Positions 52,861 through 64,000 of a DNA stretch of 64,000 bases are shown in pieces (position 1 is the stretch's first letter; every line of letters begins with the position of its first letter). The DNA is from Mytilus californianus (Eukaryota), in contig NW_026262671.1 in the NCBI RefSeq assembly GCF_021869535.1, positions 6,572,001 to 6,636,000 on the forward strand. Direction: 5' to 3'. The notes under the pieces are model-generated. The model did not search any database and was not told the origin of the DNA. It saw nothing but the letters and a program-made list of their open reading frames with translations. Made by a program: the position numbers and the translations under genes.

Positions 52861-55223
52861 ATTTCACCTTAGTACATCCTTGAGTCAACTTATCAGGTTT
52901 TAATAACTTTGGTTATTAAAAAATTATCAACCTGTCATGATGAATGGGTTACATGGCAATGCATTATACTCTGTTGAAATATATTAAAGTCTGCCAAAAA
53001 AAAAAAAAAAAAAATTATATTGATAAACGTTTTAAGTTTCGAAATTAAATCTGAGAATGGCAATATCTATTTATTTTTACCATGACCTTGCATGCGCCCA
53101 TCTTTTACAATTATGGCCATAAAATCTGATCTGAACTCTTAATTTTAGTTATTAAAGTTGCATCATGGTCAATCATGCATATCAGGAGACAGAAACATTA
53201 TTATATATATAGCCGAAACTCCGGCAATTTTGTAATGTATAAAAACGTGATCATTCCACATTGTATCAAGTCGCTCGTCGTCATGAATGCTTAGAGTTTG
53301 TATAGTTGATTTTTTTTATAAAAATCTAGGGACATGTTACAGTAAATTATGTCCGTTAGTAAAATGTGTCAACCCGGACTTTGTTTCCTAGTCAATTAAG
53401 TGCATGCCTAGAATTTTACAAGAAAAGTATGTCCCTTGATAAATGTTCAAAAACAATAAGTTCATTGCTATTAGAATATATATGGCTCTTATTGTATCTG
53501 TATTATTTCGGTAAAGTCGTGGTTCATATCTGAATATTGAAGTGGCATATGTATGTCTTCTCTTTTTATATGTATTAATTGTAACTTCTTGTTTTGTAAG
53601 GAATGACTGTAATATTTGTTTTGTCTATAAAGAAATAACATAAAAAATGTGGTGGACACTGAATCCTTAATTCCATTTTAAACCGGAGTAAATTATAAAA
53701 AAAACGTTGATGGCGTCTTGGTCAAATGACAAAATTATGTCTAAGAGCTGATCAACAAAACGACGTCAGCTAATCAGAAGACGCGTTACATCATAAATTT
53801 GATTATTGCTATATACAAATATTTCAATTGGAGATGTGATGATTATGTGTTGTAGTATGTGTATTGACAAACAAACTTTGCATCTCATTGGCAATCATAT
53901 TACATATTTTGTTTTATATTTGCATGTTTATGATTGTAACTTCTCTAATAGTGGCTTTATTGGACATCAACTAGACCCATCCAGGCTATTTTAGATTAAC
54001 AATGTTTCGTTCCACTTTGATCTCACAAATATTATCTTGTGTCCACAAAACTGTACATATTGCAGTGAAAATATGACATACTTAAAGTTGAGTAGGAGTT
54101 TTACTGGAAAAGCTTGTCCAGATATTCATGTACAATTATAGACTCTTGATGAAATTGATACAATCAGACCATTACATGGTATTTTTCATATCAGATGTAT
54201 TATTAGCCCAAGAGCCGAACATGCAAATATGCCTCAATTTTTTTTTCTTTTAAGTGGTTCTCAAGTAGAAGTTCAAAAAGAGCTAACTTTACGGACGTCG
54301 GACGCCAATGTTATCCGATATGTTACAACCGATATAAAATCTTTCTAGCACATGTTTCAGATGCCACAACAGAGGGAAATACAAATGTAAATATATTACT
54401 GAATTGGCCATAAAAAAAACAACTTAATGAACAAAAGGTCAACATTTGTAAAGTAACTTTCTCAAATATGCTTGAAACTTTAAATTTGAAAATATGCTTT
54501 CATTGTATCATTTGTTTTGATTTTTTTTTCGCATTCACATATTAGTATATTTTCCTGTTCCCTATAACATTTGTTTTGTACCCGACTTTGTTATGTTTTT
54601 TACTGAAAACGTACCATAGGGTGTATTTTCCGGAATTTGCCGAATAACGCCAAATGACATGCGATAACGTTACGAAAAGGCATGTGATAAATGTTAGATG
54701 CATTTGATAGATTCATCATTTCAGCCCGCTAAGCACCAATTCGGAAAATATGGATTTCACGAAAATTTAATGCTATTATCATACAGTAAACAATATAAGC
54801 TATTAATGATAATATATGATTATCAATGACAGTTTTCATATCAGATGTATTATTGGTCCGATTTTCAATTTCAACCAAAGAGTCGAATGCTCGAGGGCTG
54901 GTATTGACATTTGATATACAAAATGACATGTTATGATCTTTTTATGATATGCTTCAACAATGCAGAAGAAGAACAGTTTAATATATTGACCCTTTTAAGT
55001 GGTTCTGACGTAGATGTTAAAAAAGTGAAAAGTTTAAGGATGGCGGACACCAAATGTTATAGGATATGCCTGAACAGAGGAGAAAAATAAAGGCAAGAGT
55101 AGTATACCGCTGTTCGAAATTCATAAATTGATAGATATAAAAACAAATCCGGGTTACAAACTAAAACTGAGGGAAACGCATCAAATATAAGAGGACAACA
55201 ACGACACAACAAATGATCAGACC

Positions 55224-55352
55224 AAAAGAACATAACATGTCATTTTTCGTATCAGATCCCTTATCAGCCCATAGTCAAAATCATCGAGCTGATATCATGA
55301 CTTAAGGCTGATAAGGGGTCTGATATGAGAAAATGACATGTTATGTTCTTTT
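55224..55352. repeat. Hairpin with ~46-bp arms and 36-nt loop
   Basis: aaaagaacataacatgtcatttttcgtatcagatcccttatcagcc vs ggctgataaggggtctgatatgagaaaatgacatgttatgttctttt. Confidence 0.85.
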
Positions 55353-56219
55353 TATCATATACTTCAGCAGAAGCTATGCAGACAAGAAGGCTTTTTAAAA
55401 CTTTATTAAATTCATTTAAGGCAATTGTTTTTGCACTTTAAATTTTAATATTATATTTTCCTGTTTCCTACTATTCGTTTTTTTTTATACTAGTACATTT
55501 CATTTGTTATGTTTTTTCACTGAAATGCACCACTTATGTCTATTTTCCGGATTTTGCAGAATGACGTCGGAATGCTTTGCGATAACGTTAAAGAAAGGCA
55601 TGTGAAATTAACCGGAAGCAGTTAATATATACCGGGAGCAGTTCATTTTGACTATGGGCTGATAAGGGGTCTGATATAAAAAAATACATTTTTTGTTCAT
55701 TTAGTCTGATAAGACATTTACCATCGGCTGTTGTCTTCGGTGAATATCATGTATCTGGGGTTGATTAATCATTTAATCATATTCTTAAAATAATCATACA
55801 TTTTACCGGAAGCAGTCGATATATAACGGAAGCAGTTAATATGAAAGTCATATCACACGACTAGGACAATTCTTCAAATTTAATGACGAAATATATGTAC
55901 TAATTAGTCAGTTAGCAAGGGGTACCATTATACTATTATTTTCTTTAAGTATATGATTAACCATTGTACCAAGTGAAATGAAAGTCAACAATTGTTTAAT
56001 CATATGACTTTCTATACTCGTCCAATTTTCAATTATTTTGTGTTCGTTATGGAGATTCCGTATATCGTCAAGATATAGAAATTCCCATGAGGACTAACTG
56101 TTCATCACTTATTGCGGACTTGTTTCTGTATTGTTATGAGTTACAATTAATGACTAAAATCAGCAAAAATCCATCGAAACAACATCTAAATCAAAATTTA
56201 ATAACACATTTAGTTAAAA

Positions 56220-56335
56220 GAGAGGATTTTTAATTTCCTATTGTTAATTATCTATTTTTAGATGGTGACGTTCCCTTGTCACCATCTTATAGTGTATAAA
56301 TATCTCAACTTTTTCGATTTGCTTGTATATATATT
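56220..56335 (+). pseudogene. Penelope-like RT C-terminal remnant
   Basis: Reads like DFNFPIVNY...DGDVPLSPSY..ISQLFRFA, homologous to 35850-35950. Confidence 0.55.
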
Positions 56336-56820
56336 TCCGAAATAAAGCTTCAATATCAATGTAGTACATAAATTAACATAATATATATAAGAAAATGTGG
56401 TGTGAGTGCCGATGAGACAACTCTCAATCCAAGTCACAACTTCTAAAAGTAAACCATTAAAGGTCAAAGTACACTCTCGAACACGGAGCCTTGGCTCACA
56501 CCGAAAAGCAAGCTGCAGTACTACCTGTGACATTATCTTCTTCATGGTGGCCATAAAAACTATGTCCACCATGATGGCCCTATATGTCCATCATTATACC
56601 CCCTGTTGCTTAATTAGTACACAAGGTATTAATCCAAAACTAGCCAAATTTTACTCAAGATTCTTTCCAAGAAGAAAATTAAAAGAATAAGAAACAAAAA
56701 ACAAGTGAAAAAACATACATACATGAATAAAAAAACAAACAAAAATTAAACAAATAAATTAATTTAAATAAATTTGAAGACAAAAAAATAAAAAAAATAA
56801 TATAAATTAAAAAATTGGAA

Positions 56821-57209
56821 ACAACACGTTTAATAATTTTATGCGTCCGAAGCGCTTTTCTGGATTTACCTTCATCAGGAACGCTCAAAGCTAAACATTT
56901 GAAATCCGAAGATGTATAAGTACTGAAACCATTGAAGAGCTATATGACAAAAATATCTAAAATAGATAGCCAAATTCATCTAAAGTCAACTTTGCCTGAG
57001 GGAGTTGAAACCTTAGTTTCTTAATAATTTAAAAATTTATAAACGGACAATTTTAGAAAAGTTTGTTAAATAATGTCAGTACCGAAGTACTGACGACTGA
57101 GCTGATGATACCCACGGGGACTAATAGTCCATCAGCAGAGGTGTCGACCCAGTGATGTAAAAAATTGAAAACAACACGTTTAATAATTTTATGCGTCCAA
57201 AGCGCTTTT
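56821..57209 (-). mobile_element. 350-bp retrozyme-like unit bounded by hammerhead motifs
   Basis: acaacacgtttaataattttatgcgtcc(g/a)aagcgctttt at 56821 and again at 57171, exactly 350 bp apart. The lower copy carries a full hammerhead; the upper copy only its 3' half. Confidence 0.7.
56843..56884 (-). ncRNA. Minimal type I hammerhead ribozyme motif (variant stem II)
   Basis: GCGUUC-CUGAUGA-aGG uaaau CCa-GAAA-A gcgc U-UC/GGACGC. Stem I is 6 bp, stem III has a palindromic GCGC loop, predicted cleavage after UUC. Stem II is only 2 bp. Confidence 0.6.
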
Positions 57210-59334
57210 AATATACACTTAAACAATGTTTTATTCTTCATTTTCAAAAAAGGTGAAATGTCAATTTTAAAAGAAACCTGAGTTACCTGTGCAGGTAAAT
57301 TTTAATAAAACATACCAGCTGAAAACTTCAACCCTGCAACAGGTAAAATAATTAGATAAAACATCAACCTATGTTTTATGACCCCAATAAATGACCAACA
57401 TCTCAAGGTTGAATACCCCAATAAATGGTTACCATTCAATGTTGACCATGCAAGAGGCTAGACATAATAAGAAGGATGTCACAGGCTGTACTGTAAAAAG
57501 GGCCCCAAAAAATGATACTCATTTCTTAATATTTAAATATATTTTCTTATTTTTGAATAAAAGGTCTTTAAACTATTGGAAAGCATTTAAGACAGATAAT
57601 TCAATTGTTTCAAAAGCTGGATAAACAGTAAATTTTGGTATGAGATCTGGTTTATCATAATGCAGCTTGAGAAAATAGATACAAATAAGACATTTGAATA
57701 GCTTCATTAAGATTATTAATACATTCTAACTTATCTATACTACAAAGTGATGAATACATCCATTGATTATAAAATAGATTTCATTTCATCAAACTATTTC
57801 ACCAAAGGAATTGAAATCTAATCGAAAAATAATCGTTTATTGCTTCCTAATTTTGGCTGAAATCGATTAAATTATGATTACATGTCCCAAGTCAGGAGCA
57901 TCCGGCCTTTGTTTGTCTTGAATGTTTATTTTTATTAGTTTATTTGTATGTTTAGGAGTCAAGTATGAGTCCATGTTCACTGAACTAGTACACATTTTTA
58001 TTGAGCGGCCAGCTGAGGCCCATCCCCGGTTTGAGTTTTTCTCGCTGCGTTGAATACCCATTGGTGGCCGTATGTGGTTATCTGCTCTAAGGTCGGACTG
58101 TTTCCATTATGAGAAATTCCCCATTTCCATTCTCAATTTTAATAAAGTTTGATAACAAAAAATACTCCGAAAATGATATGAGAAAAGATATACTCCAAAA
58201 ACAAGGGAAACAAAAACCCCACGAATTTGCATGACGTCATAAACCTTCGTCATTGACGTTGCTTTGAAATATCCTAATTTAGGTACACAGACGCTGATCA
58301 AAATCTTATATTAACCTCTTGTGATTTTCGTTTATTCTTAGATATTGTCTCAATTGCATGAAATTGCACCAAACGTGTAATCAGATATGATGACACTTAT
58401 TAACTTGAGATTGAAAAATCAACAGATTAACGATCATCAAAGGTGGTAATTTGATCATGCACATGTCACTTACAAAAATGGTTACACTAAACGGAAAAGC
58501 TACAATTTTACATCGAATTTTACAATTAGTTCTTATGAAATATAAAAAGCAAGTTAATTGTTCTGTCGTATGAAAATTACGAGGAAATAAAATGAACACT
58601 GCATCGCACATATATCATGTAAAATCTTGACTGAAGTTGTATATATAGTCCATTAGCATGAGTATAAGATGTATCTCAGATGAGTTCGTGTGGTTGTTAA
58701 TATTCTATATATCTTGTAAATGAAGGACAATGTTTTTTAAAGCTTGTGTGCATTTGCGCGTGACGAAATAATTAGCAACAGGGGGAAAGTAGAAAATATA
58801 ATGATATATCTGAAACCCCTTCGGAAATCACTTATGGAACAGATTAATGTATTGATGTTAATGAGATGAATATTTAACTTTTAATGCTATTCTAGGAGTA
58901 ATAGCACCATTATTTTCCCCTTTTTGTCTGTGTTAAATTGGCACTTTTCAAAAAAAAAATTGCAGAATTTATCTTTGTTTCAAAAAAATATTTACAAGGC
59001 ACGAGTAAAGTTTTATCCAGTTCAGTCCTACTAACAAATTTTCAAAATACATTCCATTGCAAATAAGTTAATAATCATCGCTGGAAGTCACCAATGACTT
59101 GGTACAAGACATTTTAAGAAAAAAATGGTGGGTTGAACCTGGATTTGTGACTAGCCAATCCTCCCGCTTTAATGGCAATGTTAAATATAACACTAAAATC
59201 ACAACATTACATGCAAGGACTACAATTCAATTAAATGGAAGAACATACAGGACAGAGAAACAAACAAATAAACAATACTATAGAACATTACGACAAGCTA
59301 ATAGTTATTAAAGGTACCAGACTTACAATCTAAT

Positions 59335-59378
59335 ACGCCAGACCCGTGTTTCGTCTACATAAGACTCATCAGTGACTC
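59335..59378 (-). ncRNA. Minimal type I hammerhead ribozyme motif
   Basis: GAGUCA-CUGAUGA-GUCU uaugu AGAC-GAAA-C acgg G-UC/UGGCGU. All core nucleotides present, 4-bp stem II, GUC cleavage triplet. Confidence 0.75.
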
Positions 59379-60018
59379 TCAGGTCAAAATAGCAAAGAAA
59401 GCCAAACAATGTTGAAGAGCATTGATGACCCAAAATTCAAAAAAATTGTATCAAATACGGCTAAGGTTATCTGCCTGGGATAAAAAAAAGTCCTTAGCAT
59501 TTAGAATAATTCATATTTCTGCAAACAGAAAACTTATAAAAATGACCACATAATTGATAAACATGTTAACACCGATGTTGTGATCAACTACAGAATAAAA
59601 ACAAATACGTAAAACAACCTTGCTCAACACATAAAAACAGCACAGCCGAACAACTTATTGTATGTTAGCCGATTAGATTAATGCACAAAAGTGACGTCAC
59701 AGGTAAATATCTAAATTTTCCAAAAAATAGGATAGAATTCAAGATAAGTTTGTTATACTGATATTACATGTATTTAATAACAATGAAAATTACAATACTT
59801 AATAACACCTTCTAACATGACCTTTAGCGGATAACAGCTTAGATAAGTTGAACAGTAGCAAATTATCTTTTTTAAGGTATATGTATACATATATGTGATC
59901 ATGCATGAAATTCAAGACGTAAATTAATGTCATATATTTTTTTAAAGTGACACTACTATACACCTAATTGACCATCACCTTGTATTTTTATAAGAGTTGA
60001 ATAATTATAAACAAGCAT

Positions 60019-60133
60019 GATATGGTCAATTGTAGGTTGATATGGTCGATTGTAGGATGATATGGTCAATTGTAGGGTAATAGGGTCGATTGTAGGGTGA
60101 TATGGTCGATTGTAGGATGATATTGTCTATTGT
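60019..60133 (+). repeat. 20-bp minisatellite (gatatggtcgattgtagg[g/a]t), ~5.7 copies
   Basis: Direct reading. Confidence 0.93.
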
Positions 60134-60434
60134 ATAAACGAATGGACAACAACTGTCATATTCCTGACTTGGTACAGGCATTTTAAAATGCAGAAAATGG
60201 TGGAGTGTACCTAGTTTTATAGCGCTAAACCTCTCACTTGTACGACAGTCTCATCAAATTTAGAATATTGATAATGATGCGTGAACAAAACAAACAGACA
60301 CAATAGGTAAAAATCTCACAAATGAATGTAAAAAGTCTAATTCGGTAGGTCACATTCGTGAAAAGGGAACAGGATTGTAGTTACGACATAAGGAACATAT
60401 CCGATATCATCTATGTAACAGATATTCCTTAACG

Positions 60435-61082
60435 GTGAACCAACTCGTGATGATTTCAGCTTCCCAATGCTTCACTACTGTTTCACTAAAAGTTTCAAAT
60501 AGTCAGAGCCCAAAGCATACAAGAAAAAAAAGACGGGTTTTATTGATTCGTATAACATTCGGATTAATATTTAATATTGCTGCCTTCATAACTGTCTGTG
60601 TAGTTAACAATGAAATATTCACCGAAGGGAAGACTGCCCTGGGTTTGTTCATAACTATTGTAGTGTTTACTGTGATTGCATATATTGTAATTACAATATC
60701 GGTGTGGATTGATCAAGACGGTTCGTCGTTAGACCACATAATAGTTTACAGACTTTATGAAATAGAATTTGATATCTTAGTGTTGATCTACAGTCTTTAT
60801 TTGTCATACTGGGAAATAACAGAGTTTACAACTGCTACAACTGTAGTTGGCTGTGTAGATATACTTGTTAATATAATGATTCTTGGGAGGAATGTGTATG
60901 ACTCTGAAAAAAGAAAAGATGCAATCCTGTTTATTTTTTTCTGTATCTTACATGCACCAATAGTACCATTGGGGTTTCTTATTTTTAGGCTACATGACTT
61001 GTGGATTAATAGGAGCGAACCGTCAACGAGTGGATTAATAGGGGGCGATCCGTCGACAAGTACAAAACAATTGGAACAATAG
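60435..61082 (+). CDS. Membrane-protein family copy E (second subfamily), open frame with a foreign 5' end
   Basis: Homology to copy C starts at aaagtttcaaatagtcagagccc (~60498). Frame is open through YRLYEIEFDILVLIYSLYLSYWEITEFTTATTVVGCVDI to TAG. The family acceptor is missing; in-frame ATG at 60450. Confidence 0.55.
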   Translation: MNQLVMISASQCFTTVSLKVSNSQSPKHTRKKRRVLLIRITFGLIFNIAAFITVCVVNNEIFTEGKTALGLFITIVVFTVIAYIVITISVWIDQDGSSLDHIIVYRLYEIEFDILVLIYSLYLSYWEITEFTTATTVVGCVDILVNIMILGRNVYDSEKRKDAILFIFFCILHAPIVPLGFLIFRLHDLWINRSEPSTSGLIGGDPSTSTKQLEQ

Positions 61083-61194
61083 TAAAGATGACTTTGAAAT
61101 CAGGAAGTTCTGCTTGAAATATTGGATGGATGTATGGGCGTTGAAGATATTGATTAAGACATGACTGTGTAATTTTTTTGTGTCATTTTACAAA

Positions 61195-61300
61195 CTTATT
61201 CAATAGATTTTGATATATATGTGTTTTTTTTTCTACTATCTTGTTTTATCAAACTGGGAAATGACAGGTTTTACATCAGCTACAATGGTACCGGCCTGTG
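61195..61300 (+). pseudogene. Membrane-protein family fragment F
   Basis: tttttctactatcttgttttatcaaactgggaaatgacaggttttacatcagctacaatgg aligns with copy D tttttctacagtctggttttatcaaactgggaaatgacagagtttacaaccgctacaactg. Confidence 0.75.
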
Positions 61301-61460
61301 AAGATGAAGGTATTCGTTTATTTGTACATATTCAGACTTTTATTTATTGTTTTATTGACCTACGACAACCGCATCTTCCAATTGGTTGATATGCTCTTAT
61401 ATTAAGGACCTCAAGACAAGACGATAGAAAATGCAAAGATATAAAGCATACATAGCTCAG

Positions 61461-61853
61461 AGGGTGATATGGTCGATTGTAGGGTGATATAGCCGATTGT
61501 AGGGTGATATGATGGATTGTAGGGTGATATGGTCAATTGTAGGGTGGTGATATGGTCGATTGTAGGATGATATGGTGGATTGTCGGGTGATATGGTGGAT
61601 TGTAGTGTGATATGGTCGATTGAAGGGTGATATGGTCGATTTTAGGGTGATATGGTGGATTGTAGGGTGATATGGTGGATTGTAGGGTGATATGGTCGAT
61701 TGTAGGGTAATATGGTGGACTGTAGGGAGATATGGTCGATTGTAGGGTGATATGGTCGATTGTAGGATGATATGGTCGATTATAGGGTGATATCGTCGAT
61801 TGTAAGGTGATATGGTCGAATGTAAGATGATATGGTCGATAGTAGGATGATAT
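61461..61853 (+). repeat. 20-bp minisatellite (gatatggtcgattgtagggt), ~19-20 copies
   Basis: Direct reading; same unit as 60019-60133. Confidence 0.95.
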
Positions 61854-64000
61854 GTACCTGGCGCTAATATTCGAATACGCTGATCATGCTGATATGATGA
61901 GCCTTGAGTTTATACGATTTCTAGCTCTTGTATGCCAATGTAAATTCAAATCGGGTTATTTGATATTGTGAAATTTTCGGAAGCCATAACGAAGCCATGG
62001 ATAATAAGATGACGTCTTTGCAAAAATATACACGAATTGCTGAAATATATTGGACAGAGTCTACGTCTTGTTAATTGTTTCGTTTGCACATTTTGTCATT
62101 TGTATACACGTTTTAGTATGATATAACAAAACATTATAACGTAGGTCAAATTGGTGAATATGAACTTGGCAACACATGCTCTATATTGAATATTGAAACT
62201 TATTCATTATAACAATAAATACGAACAGTTATTTCGATGGGGGATCTTTTTAGAGGTGTGGTCATTTTGATACTTGATTTATGTGAATGCTGGACTTGCA
62301 ACAAGAGACAATATTCCTCCGATGACTTTTTAATCTGCGACACGTTCTGTTCGAAAAATATCAAAATAGTTTCCTATTTATCGACATAACCTGAATGGCT
62401 GTAGTTGTGATAAAAAGCTGGATGTTTCTCATCTGTATCATAAATTTATGAAAACAATTCTATATATTATATTCTATTTCATTAAAAAAATCTGACTTGT
62501 ATATCATTCTGCATTAGAAATGTATAACAGATACAATACAAATGATATTCTATGATTCGCACTTTGTATACACTGGTATTATTTATTTTTCGTTTTAATA
62601 GGTGTTAGGTTATCATAATTGTAAAATTTAATCGTCTAATACCTTTATGTATTTAAATGCAAATTAAATTCCAGTTATTGTGAAACAATGTTATGGTTCA
62701 ATATTATAAAATCAATTGAAAATCTGATGTTTAGTAGTCAATTTTGATTTACTTACTAGGTCTCATTGTGAAAACATTTACGAAACATTCTGATTATTTC
62801 ATTATAGGGGGAGGTCTATTGCAATTCATAATAATGTGTCGGATAATCATCTTAAAGTCTACTAACATTTAGGAACATAAGGATGTTAAACGTATCGATG
62901 TGACATTACGATTTGAATTGTTTAACCTTGACCTTGAATGTACCTCAGTGCAATTTAGGAGTTGTAAGTAATAAACAATGCAAAAACATGAAAATATCTG
63001 TTGCAGAAAAAGTAATCTTTCATTTGTAAGGAGGTGCACATGTTATTTAGACTAGTTTCCTGAGGAGAAACAGCATATTCGAATGTCATAGACGTGAATT
63101 CATTTCAGCTATTATTTGGAAACCTGATCAGCTGAGAAGATACTTTTGTCATTTGAGTGTCGCATGATATAAAACCAAATTTACATTTGGCAGGATCTAA
63201 TATTTTACCAGCATGATACAAATACTTCCTTGTCAAACGTAGGGTTTATGTAACAGGTAATAATTAATGCAGTATGCTAAAAATTAGAATGAAAAACAAA
63301 CAAACAACCTCGCATTTTATCACATTGAAGTGTACTGAAGCTTAAAAATTAACGTTTCCTTCATGCAAATAATACAACATCGAAAGAAGGACTAGTCTGC
63401 AGTAACTTGATATGAGGTGTAACTTGAAAGTCCATTTTAAATCAATAAAGAATGCATGAAATTGTAAACAGTATCAACATTTATGCATCCCCATGCGTCC
63501 CCATGCATTTGATATACCTATATAGATAAAGATAGAACGTGCACTGAAATGATAGTTTTATCAATCACCTGTACCTTAAGTGATTTATTTTGTCAGGGTT
63601 AAATCAGCCATCGAAATTGGTCGAAACGAAACTGTTGTTGTTTAAGCTTAATCGAAGCTGATGCTACTATTACACCAAACATTTTGAAGTTATACTATAT
63701 ACCAAAGAATCATGTCTTTTGTCGTATCACTGATTAATATAGGTTATAGTTATAAAGTAGTGGCATTTATATGACCAAACGACTCTTTTTTCTGTTATTT
63801 TGGGGAGGGGGATATGGAATATTTTAACAATTGGGGCAACCAATGTGTTGCTCATATCAGTCGATGATTGATAAGTCTACTTAAGAGATAAGAGAAACGG
63901 AATTATTTTACGAGTATTAGAACATCTCGATTGTCACGTCTGTGAAACACATATTGTATAAAGGTCAATAAACTCGTGAAATTTGCAAAAAAGTTGACCT

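Noticed and set aside
12156-61082. Membrane exons as mutually exclusive alternative last exons of a single gene
   Set aside because: Copies A and B each have their own nearby donor, and upstream flanks are duplicated too, favouring whole-gene duplicates. Not fully excluded without RNA-seq.
61461-61853. Regular 20-bp repeats as CRISPR or coding repeat
   Set aside because: No spacers and no ORF spans the array; it is a plain minisatellite.
1-64000. tRNA, rRNA or prokaryotic operon features
   Set aside because: No cloverleaf, rRNA-like segment or operon structure was recognised by eye; tRNAscan-SE/Infernal would be needed to exclude weak cases.

Overview
AT-rich animal genomic DNA, not prokaryotic. 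Spliceosomal introns, B-box and IAP-type RING sequences and the repeat families suggest a bivalve, probably a mussel (Mytilus); that assignment is an inference. Host genes: (1) a tandem family of at least six copies of an unrecognised ~210-aa, ~5-TM protein with a conserved YR[IL]YEIEFD...FTTATTV[LV]GC[LV]DI core, with one apparently intact two-exon gene (11919-12781), one open but 5'-rearranged copy (60435-61082) and four broken copies; (2) a double-B-box/coiled-coil TRIM-like pseudogene; (3) the RING exon of an IAP-like gene. Mobile DNA dominates the rest: a ~6.1-kb foldback with ~2.1-kb inverted arms around a dead DD34E Tc1 transposase; a complete-ended Ngaro/PAT-type tyrosine-recombinase retrotransposon (41581-52860) with an internal ~2.9-kb triplication datable by a TTAA-targeting insertion; a TA-flanked TIR element carrying a 258-bp satellite and 28-bp palindromic repeats; a TIR element with a 5/7-bp TSD that cut off one membrane-gene copy; Penelope-like RT fragments; and two kinds of minimal type I hammerhead ribozyme motif, one in a 350-bp retrozyme-like unit. 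All alignments were done by eye, so repeat boundaries are approximate to a few bases unless a TSD is quoted.
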